From assembly GCA_964624235.1 (NCBI GenBank), contig CAZUXY010000002.1:35668-99667 (forward strand): DNA of 64,000 nt, given 5' to 3'. Made by a program: the position numbers and the translations under genes. The notes under the pieces are model-generated. The model was not told the origin of the DNA and did not search any database. It was given only the letters and a program-made list of their open reading frames with translations. This DNA is from an uncultured Leptospirales bacterium. GTDB lineage: Bacteria; Spirochaetota; UBA4802; UBA5368. This document shows positions 40,186 through 50,270 of the stretch, piece by piece; position 1 is the first letter of the stretch; every line of letters begins with the position of its first letter.

Positions 40186-41866
40186 TAAACATTTCTTCGT
40201 TGAGTATGATATAGACATATCCCTGCTCAGTGAGGAAAAGCTGACGGTTGTGGGCGAATTTTTCTTCTACGGTATTCGAGGTTATAATGGTGTAAAAATA
40301 CGCGCGGTTCTCTCCCTTCTTGGGCCTGAGTATCCTTCCCAGGCGCTGTGCCTCTTCCTGGCGCGAACCGAAGGTGCCCGAGATCTGGATCGCGACGTTG
40401 GCATCGGGCAGGTCAATTGAAAAATTTGCTACTTTGGAAACCACCAGGTTTTTTATCGTTCCCTTTTTAAAATCCGAATACAGGCGCTCCCGTTCCGAAA
40501 TGGGCGTACTGCCGGTAATGATCGGGAACCCGAATTGTCTCGCCAGGTCCTCGAGTTGCGATATGTACTGGCCTATGATGAGCACACTCGAATCCATGTG
40601 ATGGTTCAGGATTCTTCTTGTAATGGAGACCTTGTTTTCATTTTCCGATGCTATTCTGAATTTCTCCCGGTCCCTGGCGACGGAGTACTGGTAACGCAGG
40701 TGCTCGGGCAGTTCCACCCTTATCTCGGTGCACAATGCCTCGGCTATCCAGTTTGATTTTTCAAGGATCTTCCAGGGCATATCGAATTTTTTAGGGCCGA
40801 TCAGGCTGAAAACATCGGCCTCTAGACCGTCTTCACGGATCAGGGTCGCGGTCAGACCCAGGCGCCTTTTGGACTGTATCTCGGACGTCATGCGAAAAAC
40901 CGGTGCCGGCAGCAGGTGCACCTCGTCATACACTATGATGCCCCAGTTTTTTGTAGTGAAAAGATTGAAGTGAATGAAATCCTGGTTCTTCTTTTTACGG
41001 TAGGTGAGGATGTTATAAGTCGCAATGGTTATGGGTTTTATTTCTTTCTTTTCCCCGGAAAATTCACCGATCATTTCGGCGGGAAGATCGGTCTTGTCGA
41101 GCAGCTCCTCCTTCCACTGGCGAAGCGCGACGGTATTGGTGACGAGGATCAACGCCTCGGTCTGCAATATGGCCAGTATCCCGATACCCACTATGGTTTT
41201 ACCCGCCCCGCAGGGGAGTACTATCACACCGCTTCCTCCTTCAGGCCCTCCGCCGCGGTAAAAGGATTTGATTGCGCTTTCCTGGTAATCCCTGATTATA
41301 AAGGGTTGCCCGTGCGATGTGGTGTTTTTCAGGGTGACGGCACAGGGGTCGCCGTTTTCGTAGCCCGCAAGGTCTTCCACGGGATATCCCATTTTAATCA
41401 GGGCCTGCTTAATATGGCCCCTAAGGTGCGGTTTTATCTGTACGGTATGCTCATCGATGGTCTTATCGATATAAGGCTGGATTTTTTTTTCTCTGATTAT
41501 TTCCATCAGCAGAAGGGCGTCTTCGGAAACGAGGTACTGCGCATGACCGGCCATGGTTTCCCCGGGGCCCTTGACCAGCTTGAGCAGACCATATCGTTTC
41601 ATCTGTTCCTTTATGGTGACGAGAACCGCTTCTGGTATTTCGTACCTTGAATACCGTTTCAGGGATGAAAGGATGGTGTCTGTTCTGAGCCCGGATGCCG
41701 CCGCATTCCACAGGGAAAGAGGGGTAACCCTGTAGGTGTGGATGTGCTCGGGGCTTTTTTCCAGTTCGGCGAAGGGGGAAATCGAATCCCTGGCAACTTC
41801 GAATTCGGGATTGTCCACTTCCAGCAAAATGGTATTGTCACTTTGTACTATAATAGGTTTTGACAT
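40172..41866 (-). CDS. XPB/Ssl2/Rad25-family DNA helicase
   Basis: IVQSDNTILLE, ELEKSPEHIHTYRVTPLSLWNA, VLPCGAGKT, DEVH, GSRQEEAQRLGRILR. Start set at MSKPII. Confidence 0.95.
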   Translation of the reverse strand: MSKPIIVQSDNTILLEVDNPEFEVARDSISPFAELEKSPEHIHTYRVTPLSLWNAAASGLRTDTILSSLKRYSRYEIPEAVLVTIKEQMKRYGLLKLVKGPGETMAGHAQYLVSEDALLLMEIIREKKIQPYIDKTIDEHTVQIKPHLRGHIKQALIKMGYPVEDLAGYENGDPCAVTLKNTTSHGQPFIIRDYQESAIKSFYRGGGPEGGSGVIVLPCGAGKTIVGIGILAILQTEALILVTNTVALRQWKEELLDKTDLPAEMIGEFSGEKKEIKPITIATYNILTYRKKKNQDFIHFNLFTTKNWGIIVYDEVHLLPAPVFRMTSEIQSKRRLGLTATLIREDGLEADVFSLIGPKKFDMPWKILEKSNWIAEALCTEIRVELPEHLRYQYSVARDREKFRIASENENKVSITRRILNHHMDSSVLIIGQYISQLEDLARQFGFPIITGSTPISERERLYSDFKKGTIKNLVVSKVANFSIDLPDANVAIQISGTFGSRQEEAQRLGRILRPKKGENRAYFYTIITSNTVEEKFAHNRQLFLTEQGYVYIILNEEMFNEKF

Positions 41867-42335
41867 AATCTTTTTGGAGATCCTCTCGATAAGGGATAGG
41901 CATAATGCTTCCGGCTGATATAGTCCCCCAGACACTGTAACGGGGTAAAAAACAACCTGAAAGCATTTGTCTGTACTGCAGGCCCGGTCATAACAGATTC
42001 AATTCAATGGAAATACAGACACAACGACATTGCATTCAGTATAAATATGGGCATAATAATAGAATATGTTCACTTTTCCGCCATCATCAGGGCTAAATTA
42101 TGGTGGTGCGGCACTTTTTGTCAAACAGTTTCTCCCATTATGGCCTGCACAAAAACCGTCAACTAATAGTGGTGTACTGAAAGAGACCCACAGGTTTGTT
42201 TTGGGATCCTCGGGAGAAATTAATCTGTATTACTGCTACAATATTTTATTGTAATATTTATAAAAATGGTGTATTGAATTAATATCAGCACTGATTCACT
42301 GATTGTGCAATATTTCCGCGTCCCCGGAGCAGGCA

Positions 42336-43283
42336 GTGAGAACCGCATTCCTCTATAATGAAACCTTCCTTTTGCATGACACGGGAGCAGACCACCCTGA
42401 AGTTTCCGAGAGATTGACCGCTATAAAAAAGAGAATCGAATCACGTGAGCTTTACCGGCGGCTGGTGCCTGTAGAAATCGCAATGCCGGATATCGCCTAT
42501 ATTGAATTAATACACGATCCCGACTATATACGCCGGGTCCGAGCCGAAGTAGAGTCGGGTGCGGGATACTTTGATTCGACGGATAATACCATCAGCCCCA
42601 GGTCGTTCGATGTGGCCGTACTTGCCGTAGGAGGGTGTCTCAAGGTTTGTGACGCGGTAATGACGGGAGAAGCGGATAACGGGTTTTGCGCCGTAAGGCC
42701 TCCGGGACATCACGCAAAGTATAAAAAAGCCGGGGGTTTCTGCTTTTTTAATAATATAGCGATTGCGGCGCGATATCTGCAGCATCGTTACGGTATTCGA
42801 AAAGTCGCTATCGTGGATTGGGACGTTCATCATGGTGACGGGACACAGGACTGTTTCGATTCAGATGATACGGTGTACTACATCAGCCTGCACCAATACC
42901 CCTTCTATCCGGGGACCGGTTCAGAGATGGAAACCGGTTTCGGTAAAGGGGTGGGGTATACCATGAACATTCCCATGAGAGCGGGCAGCGGCAACAATCA
43001 TTACCTGCGCGCGTTCAGGGAAAAAATATTACCCGAGTTACGCAAGTACAGGCCGGAGATCATATTGGTCTCAGCGGGATTTGACGCTCATCGCGACGAT
43101 CCGCTGGCGTCTATAAACCTGACTTCGGATATATATTATACCTTAACAAAGATGCTGAAGGAGATAGCCCATGGATCGTCCAGTGACAGGATTATAGCTT
43201 TTCTGGAAGGCGGCTACAACGTGGAGGCCTGCGCAGAAGGTGTGGAAAAGGTGCTTGAAGCCCTTTTAGAGGACGAAACTTGA
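42336..43283 (+). CDS. Histone deacetylase-family (Zn-dependent amidohydrolase) protein
   Basis: HPEVSERL, RPPGHHA, GFCFFNN, DWDVHHGDGTQ, GFDAH..DPL, LEGGY. GTG 42336 chosen from a GGAG RBS. Confidence 0.93.
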   Translation: MRTAFLYNETFLLHDTGADHPEVSERLTAIKKRIESRELYRRLVPVEIAMPDIAYIELIHDPDYIRRVRAEVESGAGYFDSTDNTISPRSFDVAVLAVGGCLKVCDAVMTGEADNGFCAVRPPGHHAKYKKAGGFCFFNNIAIAARYLQHRYGIRKVAIVDWDVHHGDGTQDCFDSDDTVYYISLHQYPFYPGTGSEMETGFGKGVGYTMNIPMRAGSGNNHYLRAFREKILPELRKYRPEIILVSAGFDAHRDDPLASINLTSDIYYTLTKMLKEIAHGSSSDRIIAFLEGGYNVEACAEGVEKVLEALLEDET

Positions 43284-43386
43284 GCCGGTTAACGGGCAAA
43301 ATACTAAAGAACATTTGCAGATATGGTTATTCAGATCGGTAAGTGAATGTATGCCTATTGCAGCCGGGCAGGAAATTTTGCTGTAT

Positions 43387-44481
43387 TTACTGCTTCTTTT
43401 CTATCAAAGAACAATATAGAATGGAATTCCTGCACTCCACCCTTCCGGGAAATACAGAATTGAGCGGACGTGATATATCAACGAGGTGGTTTAAAAGAAC
43501 CGTGGCCTGATCGCCGTTCATGATCCTGGGCTGGAACCGGTGCAGTGGATCGCTGTTGCCGTTGACAGGATACACCTCAAGAGAGCTTAGTCGTTTTTCA
43601 ATGAATCTCAGGGCTACCACGATGTTGTCCTTTATATCCTCATTGATCGATCCGAAGAGAAAATTACCCAGAGAATATATTACAGGTTTCTCTTTGTATA
43701 TTTCTATCCCCTGGTAAATATGCGAATGATGGCCTATGATCGCATCGGCCCCTGAATCTATGATTGCGTGTGCCAGTTCCACCTGATCGCCTGAAGGGAA
43801 ATGTGAATATTCGTCGCCCCAATGCATAGAGATTATGATGACATCATTGAATCCCCTGAATTTCAGAATGTCTCTTCTTATCAGGTCCAGCTGGGCCCTG
43901 GCGATCCCCGGGGAGGACTTCTGGGCGTAGGTTTCAGGGTATCCAAGGTTGGTATAACCAAAAATTGCCATACTTATGCCGTTGATCTTCAGGAGGACAG
44001 GCAGATGGGCCGATTCGGCATCGATCCCCGCTCCGGTATAGTGTATGCCTTTCTCGTTGAGCACCGTCATGGTGTTGAGAAGTGCTGTTTCACCGAAATC
44101 TGATGAATGGTTGTTGGCGAGGGTGACCCCTCTGATATTTCCCAGCCTGAGAATATCCAGGGAGCCGGGTTCCGCCAGAAAAATATATTTCTTATCGATA
44201 TGGGGAGTCCCGTTTGAAGAAACGGGGCACTCAAGGTTGCAGAAACTATAGTCGAAAGCCTTCAGGAAGCCGGTGATCTTTCTTAAAGGATAGTCAGCCC
44301 CCTCCCTTTTGTAGACATCTTTAATCCCCCAGTCCAGCATCACATCCCCGCAGAAGACAATTGATGCGGTATACTGCCTGGGTGTGGATGCATTCAGGGA
44401 TTTCTCAAAACGGGTGGCGAAAACCATAAATGATGCTATTGCGAGGGACGTAATTATAAAAAAAAGTTTCCATCGAATCAT
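43387..44481 (-). CDS. CapA-family metallophosphoesterase (PGA_cap)
   Basis: Signal anchor; GDVMLD, NLECP, LANNH, MHWG, GHHSH, YSLGNFLF. Confidence 0.92.
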   Translation of the reverse strand: MIRWKLFFIITSLAIASFMVFATRFEKSLNASTPRQYTASIVFCGDVMLDWGIKDVYKREGADYPLRKITGFLKAFDYSFCNLECPVSSNGTPHIDKKYIFLAEPGSLDILRLGNIRGVTLANNHSSDFGETALLNTMTVLNEKGIHYTGAGIDAESAHLPVLLKINGISMAIFGYTNLGYPETYAQKSSPGIARAQLDLIRRDILKFRGFNDVIIISMHWGDEYSHFPSGDQVELAHAIIDSGADAIIGHHSHIYQGIEIYKEKPVIYSLGNFLFGSINEDIKDNIVVALRFIEKRLSSLEVYPVNGNSDPLHRFQPRIMNGDQATVLLNHLVDISRPLNSVFPGRVECRNSILYCSLIEKKQ

Positions 44482-44686
44482 AGTTTTACCATAATATTAA
44501 GCAAACCGCACAAACCCTGTACCAGTTGCGGGAGGCTGCGAAAGCCAGCCATGAGGATTTATTGAGGATTCATTGTCATTCATGAAGTGTCAAGAGAAAT
44601 AATGGCCCGCACACGGTATTGCGGTAAACTGTTCCGGTATTGATAATAAGCGGTCGACACAATGTTACGAATACTTTTTCACCGGT

Positions 44687-45202
44687 ATGAAGGTGCATCT
44701 TTATAAATCTACGGAGAAGATCGATGATTGCAGGGAGGCCCCAGTGACAATATTACGGAGGTGCGGATACGGTTTGGTTGTTATCACCACTCTTATGGGC
44801 TGTGTATGTTGTACGAAATCAGGAAAAAATTCCGGCATAGCCGTATCCCGCGACGGTCCCGGGCAAAAGGTGCGTAGCATTATAATACTCGCCAACAGGG
44901 GTCTTTATAATGAAATATCCGCGGATGTGGTATATGCGGTGGTGGCCACCCTGGACACGGGTATACGCTCCGGGGAAGACTGGACCTTTCAGCAGAAAAG
45001 GTCTTTCTGGGAAGCAGTGACCAGACACGGCACTGTTTCCGGGGTTGTGATCTCCCGCGAGATCGTCCGGGAACGTTTCGCGCGGGTAAAATGCCGTATA
45101 GAATTCAGGGACGGTACATCCAGGGAACATCTTTTTGAAATGCACCTGTCAGGGGACGGGCGGTGGGTGCTGCCGGTCTATCTGAAAATGCTGAAGCAGT
45201 GA
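44687..45202 (+). CDS. Hypothetical protein, possible lipoprotein with an NTF2-like C-terminus
   Basis: Hydrophobic stretch ending in Cys residues; C-terminal ARVKCRIEF...W fold pattern. Start uncertain. Confidence 0.5.
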   Translation: MKVHLYKSTEKIDDCREAPVTILRRCGYGLVVITTLMGCVCCTKSGKNSGIAVSRDGPGQKVRSIIILANRGLYNEISADVVYAVVATLDTGIRSGEDWTFQQKRSFWEAVTRHGTVSGVVISREIVRERFARVKCRIEFRDGTSREHLFEMHLSGDGRWVLPVYLKMLKQ

Positions 45203-45211
45203 TTTTGATAC

Positions 45212-46819
45212 TCAGAATGTGCCTGATGCGGATAGGTCAAGGGTGCTGTGCTGAGAGTTGTTTTTTTCGAACTGGTGCAGGTATCGAACTCCCAGGGTAA
45301 TATCGTTCCAGTGCAGATGTGCTTTACACACCAGGATATCAGAAGATTCGCGAATGAAAATTCCCGGTATGCTGGAACCCTCCATAGGCGCAAGCACTGC
45401 GTACATCGACCCCTTTTTTTCCATGAAAAAACGGGCATAGTGAAACATGACTGATCTGCCGGGTTTGCCTTTAAGCAGCACACCGGAAGAAAACATGAAC
45501 GCATCAGGTCCGTTTCGTTCCCACTGGTATGTTGAAGCCGCCTGCAGATAGAGTTGGTTTGTTACCGCCATGAACCGAAGGTTCTGATGCAACTGGCGAC
45601 TGAGCTCAGTGGTTCCTCCCGATTCTTTTTTTAGTGTTCTAAAAGAAATACGCGCGGTTTCAATGCGTTTAAAATTTAAATTCAGAGCAACACCTTCCCT
45701 TACCGTACGAGGCAGTTCCCTGTCAGACGATGAGGGATAGAGCCTTTTTTCAACGGCCAGGTAAGCCTCAGCCGATAGAAAAGGCAGCACGCGACAACCC
45801 GTTTCCATAAATACGGCGCTCTCGGGATAACGGTCGCCTATAGTATTATTGTAGGGGGCATTGTAAGAAGACTCTGTTTTTTTCCGAACCAGGGAAAGCT
45901 TGAAACGTTGATGGTTGAATCGAAAACCGTACAGCGCTCCAACCCCCCTGCTGACAGCCGTAGCCCCCCGGACAGTATGTCTGTGCGTGCTTGTAATGAC
46001 CGATTCAACGAAGGCGCTGAAATAACGGTCGGTATAGCAGACAATCATACCCGCCCCTCCTGCAGCTGAAACCGCCCCCCGCACGGTATCTTCTTCACCG
46101 TCCCAGAGGACTTCAGAACCTGCCGGTGTGCTGACCCATGTGGAAATGCAGTACACCTGCATCAGCAGCATTTCCCCCACGGAAATCGAAATCATCAGAC
46201 CGGTATTATTAATGAGTACTGGTTCTGTGTGGGAAATATCCGGTATATATGCCCTTTCTATGGTGCCGATTGACGACGATACGCTTCCGCTGAAGTACCC
46301 CTCTTCGTTGATAAAACGCCGGTTGACCGAATAATACGCATTTATCGTAAGGTCCATATTGTCCAGGCCGATGTTACAGACCGCGGCCGCGCCGTGGAAT
46401 GCATACGCCGGATTCCCGCTGTTTACCGGAGTATATATTCTGTTCTGCATGGAGGAGAAGCGGTAATCGAAACGGTCTGGATTGTAAGCCATGTATCTGC
46501 CTATCAGCAGTCCCATGCCGTAATTGACCTGAAAGTGTCCAAGAATCAGGGAAATGGCCGGGGATATGTCCATAAGCATGAGGTTCCAGGTCCAACTGCG
46601 CGATTCGTTGCTGGATCTGCATACCATGGCGATGTTCAGCATACTGCGGGGACTGAAGATCATGGAGTTTTTTATACGGTAAAATGACTGCGTGGATTCC
46701 TCATAGTCCACCGCATCATAACGGTATTCGGAACGGACGAATATCTGCGGATTTCCGTATGCCGGGTAGTGACACATCGTCGCCGCGTATAGAAGTATTA
46801 CCGCAAGACGTCGTTGCAT
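45212..46819 (-). CDS. Outer-membrane beta-barrel resembling the barrel part of FCB-group ComEA/HhH barrel proteins, without its own HhH
   Basis: Signal peptide; ILGHFQVNYGMGLLIG and NSGNPAYAFHGAA motifs; many amphipathic strands; terminal Phe (LSASGTF). Confidence 0.65.
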   Translation of the reverse strand: MQRRLAVILLYAATMCHYPAYGNPQIFVRSEYRYDAVDYEESTQSFYRIKNSMIFSPRSMLNIAMVCRSSNESRSWTWNLMLMDISPAISLILGHFQVNYGMGLLIGRYMAYNPDRFDYRFSSMQNRIYTPVNSGNPAYAFHGAAAVCNIGLDNMDLTINAYYSVNRRFINEEGYFSGSVSSSIGTIERAYIPDISHTEPVLINNTGLMISISVGEMLLMQVYCISTWVSTPAGSEVLWDGEEDTVRGAVSAAGGAGMIVCYTDRYFSAFVESVITSTHRHTVRGATAVSRGVGALYGFRFNHQRFKLSLVRKKTESSYNAPYNNTIGDRYPESAVFMETGCRVLPFLSAEAYLAVEKRLYPSSSDRELPRTVREGVALNLNFKRIETARISFRTLKKESGGTTELSRQLHQNLRFMAVTNQLYLQAASTYQWERNGPDAFMFSSGVLLKGKPGRSVMFHYARFFMEKKGSMYAVLAPMEGSSIPGIFIRESSDILVCKAHLHWNDITLGVRYLHQFEKNNSQHSTLDLSASGTF

Positions 46820-48123
46820 GTTCTGACGATTGTTTCTTTAATATGGGATGGTATCCCTTCCATGGAACCGACCAGCACCTTTAACTCTTTAAGACCGTGT
46901 TTTGCGGCAAGATCGCATATCCGTATTGCGGTACCTGAAGGCACTCCGGCATCGAGCAGCTTCTGAAACAGTTCTTTTCTTTTTGCCGTTCCATAACCGC
47001 CTCCCGGTTTTCTTTCACGGCCATGCTTCATTATTGCTTTTCCGGGATGAGGTTTGGTATCGGGAGCCAGTCCGCAAAGGTAATTCTGCAGTATCATGAC
47101 CTCCTTTTCCGAAAGACCGACCTGGTACAGTGATTTCAGGGTGATGGGGCCGACCAGCTCACGATAGCGTACCAAACGAACGGCGATCTCTTCGGTGACC
47201 ACCGGCAGGGAACGGAGTTCATCCAGGGAACAGCGGTTGATATCAACAGGCTTATCGGGGGGGTCGTAATGCGGTTCCCTGCGGCCGACAGAAGGAAATT
47301 TTACGGGTACTGCTTTCAAAGGAGTACCTGATATCGTTATCCCTATGGAATGTGTGGTGCCGAGCATGCTGTGGTATTCCATTCCGTAAGAGATTCGAAA
47401 CCGCCGGTAGAGTATGATAATCGACATTGAACACGCCGCCGTCTCCCTCGCATACCCGGCGTTTACTATAATGAAGGAAAGCAGGTTTACCGACGCCGAG
47501 ATACTGTTCCGGTATCCATAATAGGTTCTGCCGATGTTCCAGATGCAGTGTACTCCCTCAACGGGAGTAACCTGTATTGCACCGCACCATGAAGGATAAA
47601 GGAGATCCTTCCTGCCGGGATCGGCCAGTGAGCGGATATTGTCCTGTATGAAACTGAATTGAAGGAAATCGAAAGGGGTAAACAGTACGGCGGAGTACAG
47701 GTCTGACATATAACTGTTTACGGATACTGCATCAGTGCGTATGCGCAGATGGTATAGTGCTGATCCCAATCCGGCGGCAAGATATGGAAGCACACGATAA
47801 CCGACGGCGGCTTCCCAGGTCTGTTCGCGGTACTCGGTGATTCCGAAAGAGTTCCATGATACACCGATGCCCTTTTTCCCGTCAGAGTACCCTCCCGCAA
47901 CGGTCCCGGCATTGATTTCATCGAGTGTATAGGGTTTGCTGTATGAGGTACTGAGATAATATGTTTGCAGCAGCGGGATGAATGATGGGTTTAAGTGGTT
48001 CCCCAGGGGGGAGGGATCTCCAATGGCGCAGCGGTAATGGAACAGGTAACCCGGTGATGTTTCACGGTACTCAAAAGCCTGCAGGCTCAGATGAGGTATG
48101 ATCATGAGCAGAAGTAGCTTCAT
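46798..48123 (-). CDS. PorV/PorQ-like beta-barrel fused to a ComEA-type helix-hairpin-helix domain
   Basis: Signal peptide; NP.FI, SYSKPYTLDEI, YGMEYHSMLGTTHSIGI barrel; Pro-rich linker; VDINRCSLDELRSLP...IAVRLVRYRELVGP HhH. Confidence 0.72.
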   Translation of the reverse strand: MKLLLLMIIPHLSLQAFEYRETSPGYLFHYRCAIGDPSPLGNHLNPSFIPLLQTYYLSTSYSKPYTLDEINAGTVAGGYSDGKKGIGVSWNSFGITEYREQTWEAAVGYRVLPYLAAGLGSALYHLRIRTDAVSVNSYMSDLYSAVLFTPFDFLQFSFIQDNIRSLADPGRKDLLYPSWCGAIQVTPVEGVHCIWNIGRTYYGYRNSISASVNLLSFIIVNAGYARETAACSMSIIILYRRFRISYGMEYHSMLGTTHSIGITISGTPLKAVPVKFPSVGRREPHYDPPDKPVDINRCSLDELRSLPVVTEEIAVRLVRYRELVGPITLKSLYQVGLSEKEVMILQNYLCGLAPDTKPHPGKAIMKHGRERKPGGGYGTAKRKELFQKLLDAGVPSGTAIRICDLAAKHGLKELKVLVGSMEGIPSHIKETIVRTCNDVLR

Positions 48124-49145
48124 CGGCCGTAACGGCTCACAATGATATACACGACCGACGTTTCCTGTTTTTTGAGTTTTGTACTGGTTCCTTCAATACG
48201 GCCTATATAGAATCCGCTTGAAGCCCTGCGGCCGCGGCCCCGAAAATCCCAGGGAATTGAAAACTCTCCGGGGAACACATCGCGATAAAGCGGTGACTCA
48301 AAGATGCACAGACCCACCGAGGTGAATATCTTGAAACGGATATTGCAGGGGTTGTATACAAAAAGATCAATCTTGCCGGTACCCAGTGTGGGATGTGAAG
48401 GAACAAATGTGATCTTTTTCTTTCTGGATGAGAAAAGACGGGTATTCCCTCCGGTATTGATGGGTCCTATATTGTCTCGTCCCGGCGTCTGGAATGTGGT
48501 GACCGTGAAGTCGTCGGGACCGTTGGTGTCGTTTGTTCGGGTCCGAATTATACTCATATGGGACGCCAGGCCGTCATTGTCTATGGGCACCAAGCATAGC
48601 TGAAGGTTCGGCTCGCCGCAGACTGTCCATTGGCCCGCTCCCTGTGCGTCCAGTATATACGACATGATGGTTTCGTTAAGGCTCCCGTCCCTGTTGGAAT
48701 ACGCGCAAAAGTCGATAATGCCGCCGTTGCCGGGATCATCATCAATGTCTATGGCGACAATCCCGTCACTGTTCCAGAGACTGCCCGAATAGTTATTACA
48801 ATAAAGGTCTATGTATCCGTTGTGATTGGTGTCCCCGGTAAGATCAGTTTCGTCTGTAATGGGAGACGTAAGGTGCACCACCGCATAACGGTCGTCATAA
48901 GGGGTTTCGGGCCTGTCCCTGGAGCAGAGTGTGACCGGTTCGACAGCCAGAGGTTCATTGGTGCCGTAGTACATGGTGACATAAAGACCTGATATGTCCA
49001 TGCTGACGTCTTCGGTGTCGTATAGAAACAGCTCCACCCAGTCGTCACCGGCGGTTCCGCAGGCGATTTCGTTGATCATGAGTGCTGAAGTGGCCTGCAC
49101 CGGGATCAAGACCAATAAGAGTAACAGCAGGTATGGTTTCATCAT
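48120..49145 (-). CDS. Secreted lamin-tail-domain protein with a C-terminal FlgD-Ig / T9SS-CTD-like domain
   Basis: Signal peptide; INEIACG...DWVELF and DTN..DDF....TPG.DN (LTD); C-terminal FKIFTSVG...PGEFSIPWDFRGRGRRASSGFY. Confidence 0.78.
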   Translation of the reverse strand: MMKPYLLLLLLVLIPVQATSALMINEIACGTAGDDWVELFLYDTEDVSMDISGLYVTMYYGTNEPLAVEPVTLCSRDRPETPYDDRYAVVHLTSPITDETDLTGDTNHNGYIDLYCNNYSGSLWNSDGIVAIDIDDDPGNGGIIDFCAYSNRDGSLNETIMSYILDAQGAGQWTVCGEPNLQLCLVPIDNDGLASHMSIIRTRTNDTNGPDDFTVTTFQTPGRDNIGPINTGGNTRLFSSRKKKITFVPSHPTLGTGKIDLFVYNPCNIRFKIFTSVGLCIFESPLYRDVFPGEFSIPWDFRGRGRRASSGFYIGRIEGTSTKLKKQETSVVYIIVSRYGR

Positions 49146-49327
49146 GTCTCCCCGGAAGATATACGGGGAAGAGGTCTGAAATGTTAATTTTTTTAACTAA
49201 GGATTTATTGAGGTGCACAGTGTCCAAGGTATATATCGGCAGTGAAAGAGGGAGTGTGTGTGCGGCGACGGCTATTTTCGAAAATTATTTCTTGACCGGT
49301 ACCCGGAAAAAAGGAAAGGTATCGAGC

Positions 49328-49966
49328 ATGGTCCACCTTGATAATCCCTACCCGGCGCTCAGACCGCGGCCGGCAGCCTTTATTCCGCTTGTATTGCTGT
49401 ACATTGCCGGATATCTCTGTTTTTCCTTTCATGCTTTTTCCTTTATTTATCAATACACGCTGACAATTGTATTCCTGGTTTTTTCCGCGTCGTTTTTCGA
49501 CCGTGAATTATTGAGCAGGGCCAGGCTTTTCTCCCTGCCCGGGAAAAGAAATCCGCACTTGGTGTTCATTCTGCTTCTTGCGGCGCTGGTTGTGTTTCTT
49601 TACGCGGAAGGAAAGCTGCTTTCACGGAATTTGCTGGTTCGTGATTTCTATCTGAGAGGAACACAGGGGCTGCGTACGGAGCATATTATAGTACTGCTGT
49701 TCATCGCCGTGCCTTTCGAAGAGATTTTTTTCAAGGCGTATGCCCAGAGGAATCTCATGAACCTGCTTGGGCGTATACCCGGATGGGTATTGTGCGCTTT
49801 TGCATGCGGCCTCTTTTTTCTGCTTTCCGGCAACCGCAACCTTGCGCTCAAGATGACACTGACTGCTCTGTGTGTCGGTTATATCTACCATAAAACTGAT
49901 TCCATTCCTCAGGTGGTTACGGCACGTGTTCTGCTCACAGGCCTGGCACTGTTGCTCCCACTGTGA
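49328..49966 (+). CDS. CPBP (Abi/CAAX-like) intramembrane protein
   Basis: Multi-TM; VPFEEIFFK.Y.Q and YHKTDSI motifs. Start moved to ATG 49328. Confidence 0.75.
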   Translation: MVHLDNPYPALRPRPAAFIPLVLLYIAGYLCFSFHAFSFIYQYTLTIVFLVFSASFFDRELLSRARLFSLPGKRNPHLVFILLLAALVVFLYAEGKLLSRNLLVRDFYLRGTQGLRTEHIIVLLFIAVPFEEIFFKAYAQRNLMNLLGRIPGWVLCAFACGLFFLLSGNRNLALKMTLTALCVGYIYHKTDSIPQVVTARVLLTGLALLLPL

Positions 49967-50270
49967 CCGTTTCTTTATCTGTGGTGCGTTCGGTTGTACC
50001 CAGCTTTTATCTCCTTATAATCCACAATGTGTTAATTGCTTTATTCTGCGCAGTGTGTTTCACGATTTCACACGGATAAAAAATGAAAAGCTGCCGATGC
50101 GCCTGGTTGTCATAACGTTGTTCTTCAGTGCGTGGTAATAAAATGAAAAAAAGTCTCGACAGATAAGGCTATATTTACTATTAGCCATTTATGTCGGATT
50201 TTATGAAACAGAAGGTAGCGGGCGGGAAAAGAAAGAGATACTGAACTAAATAATACCGGCGGAATACACT

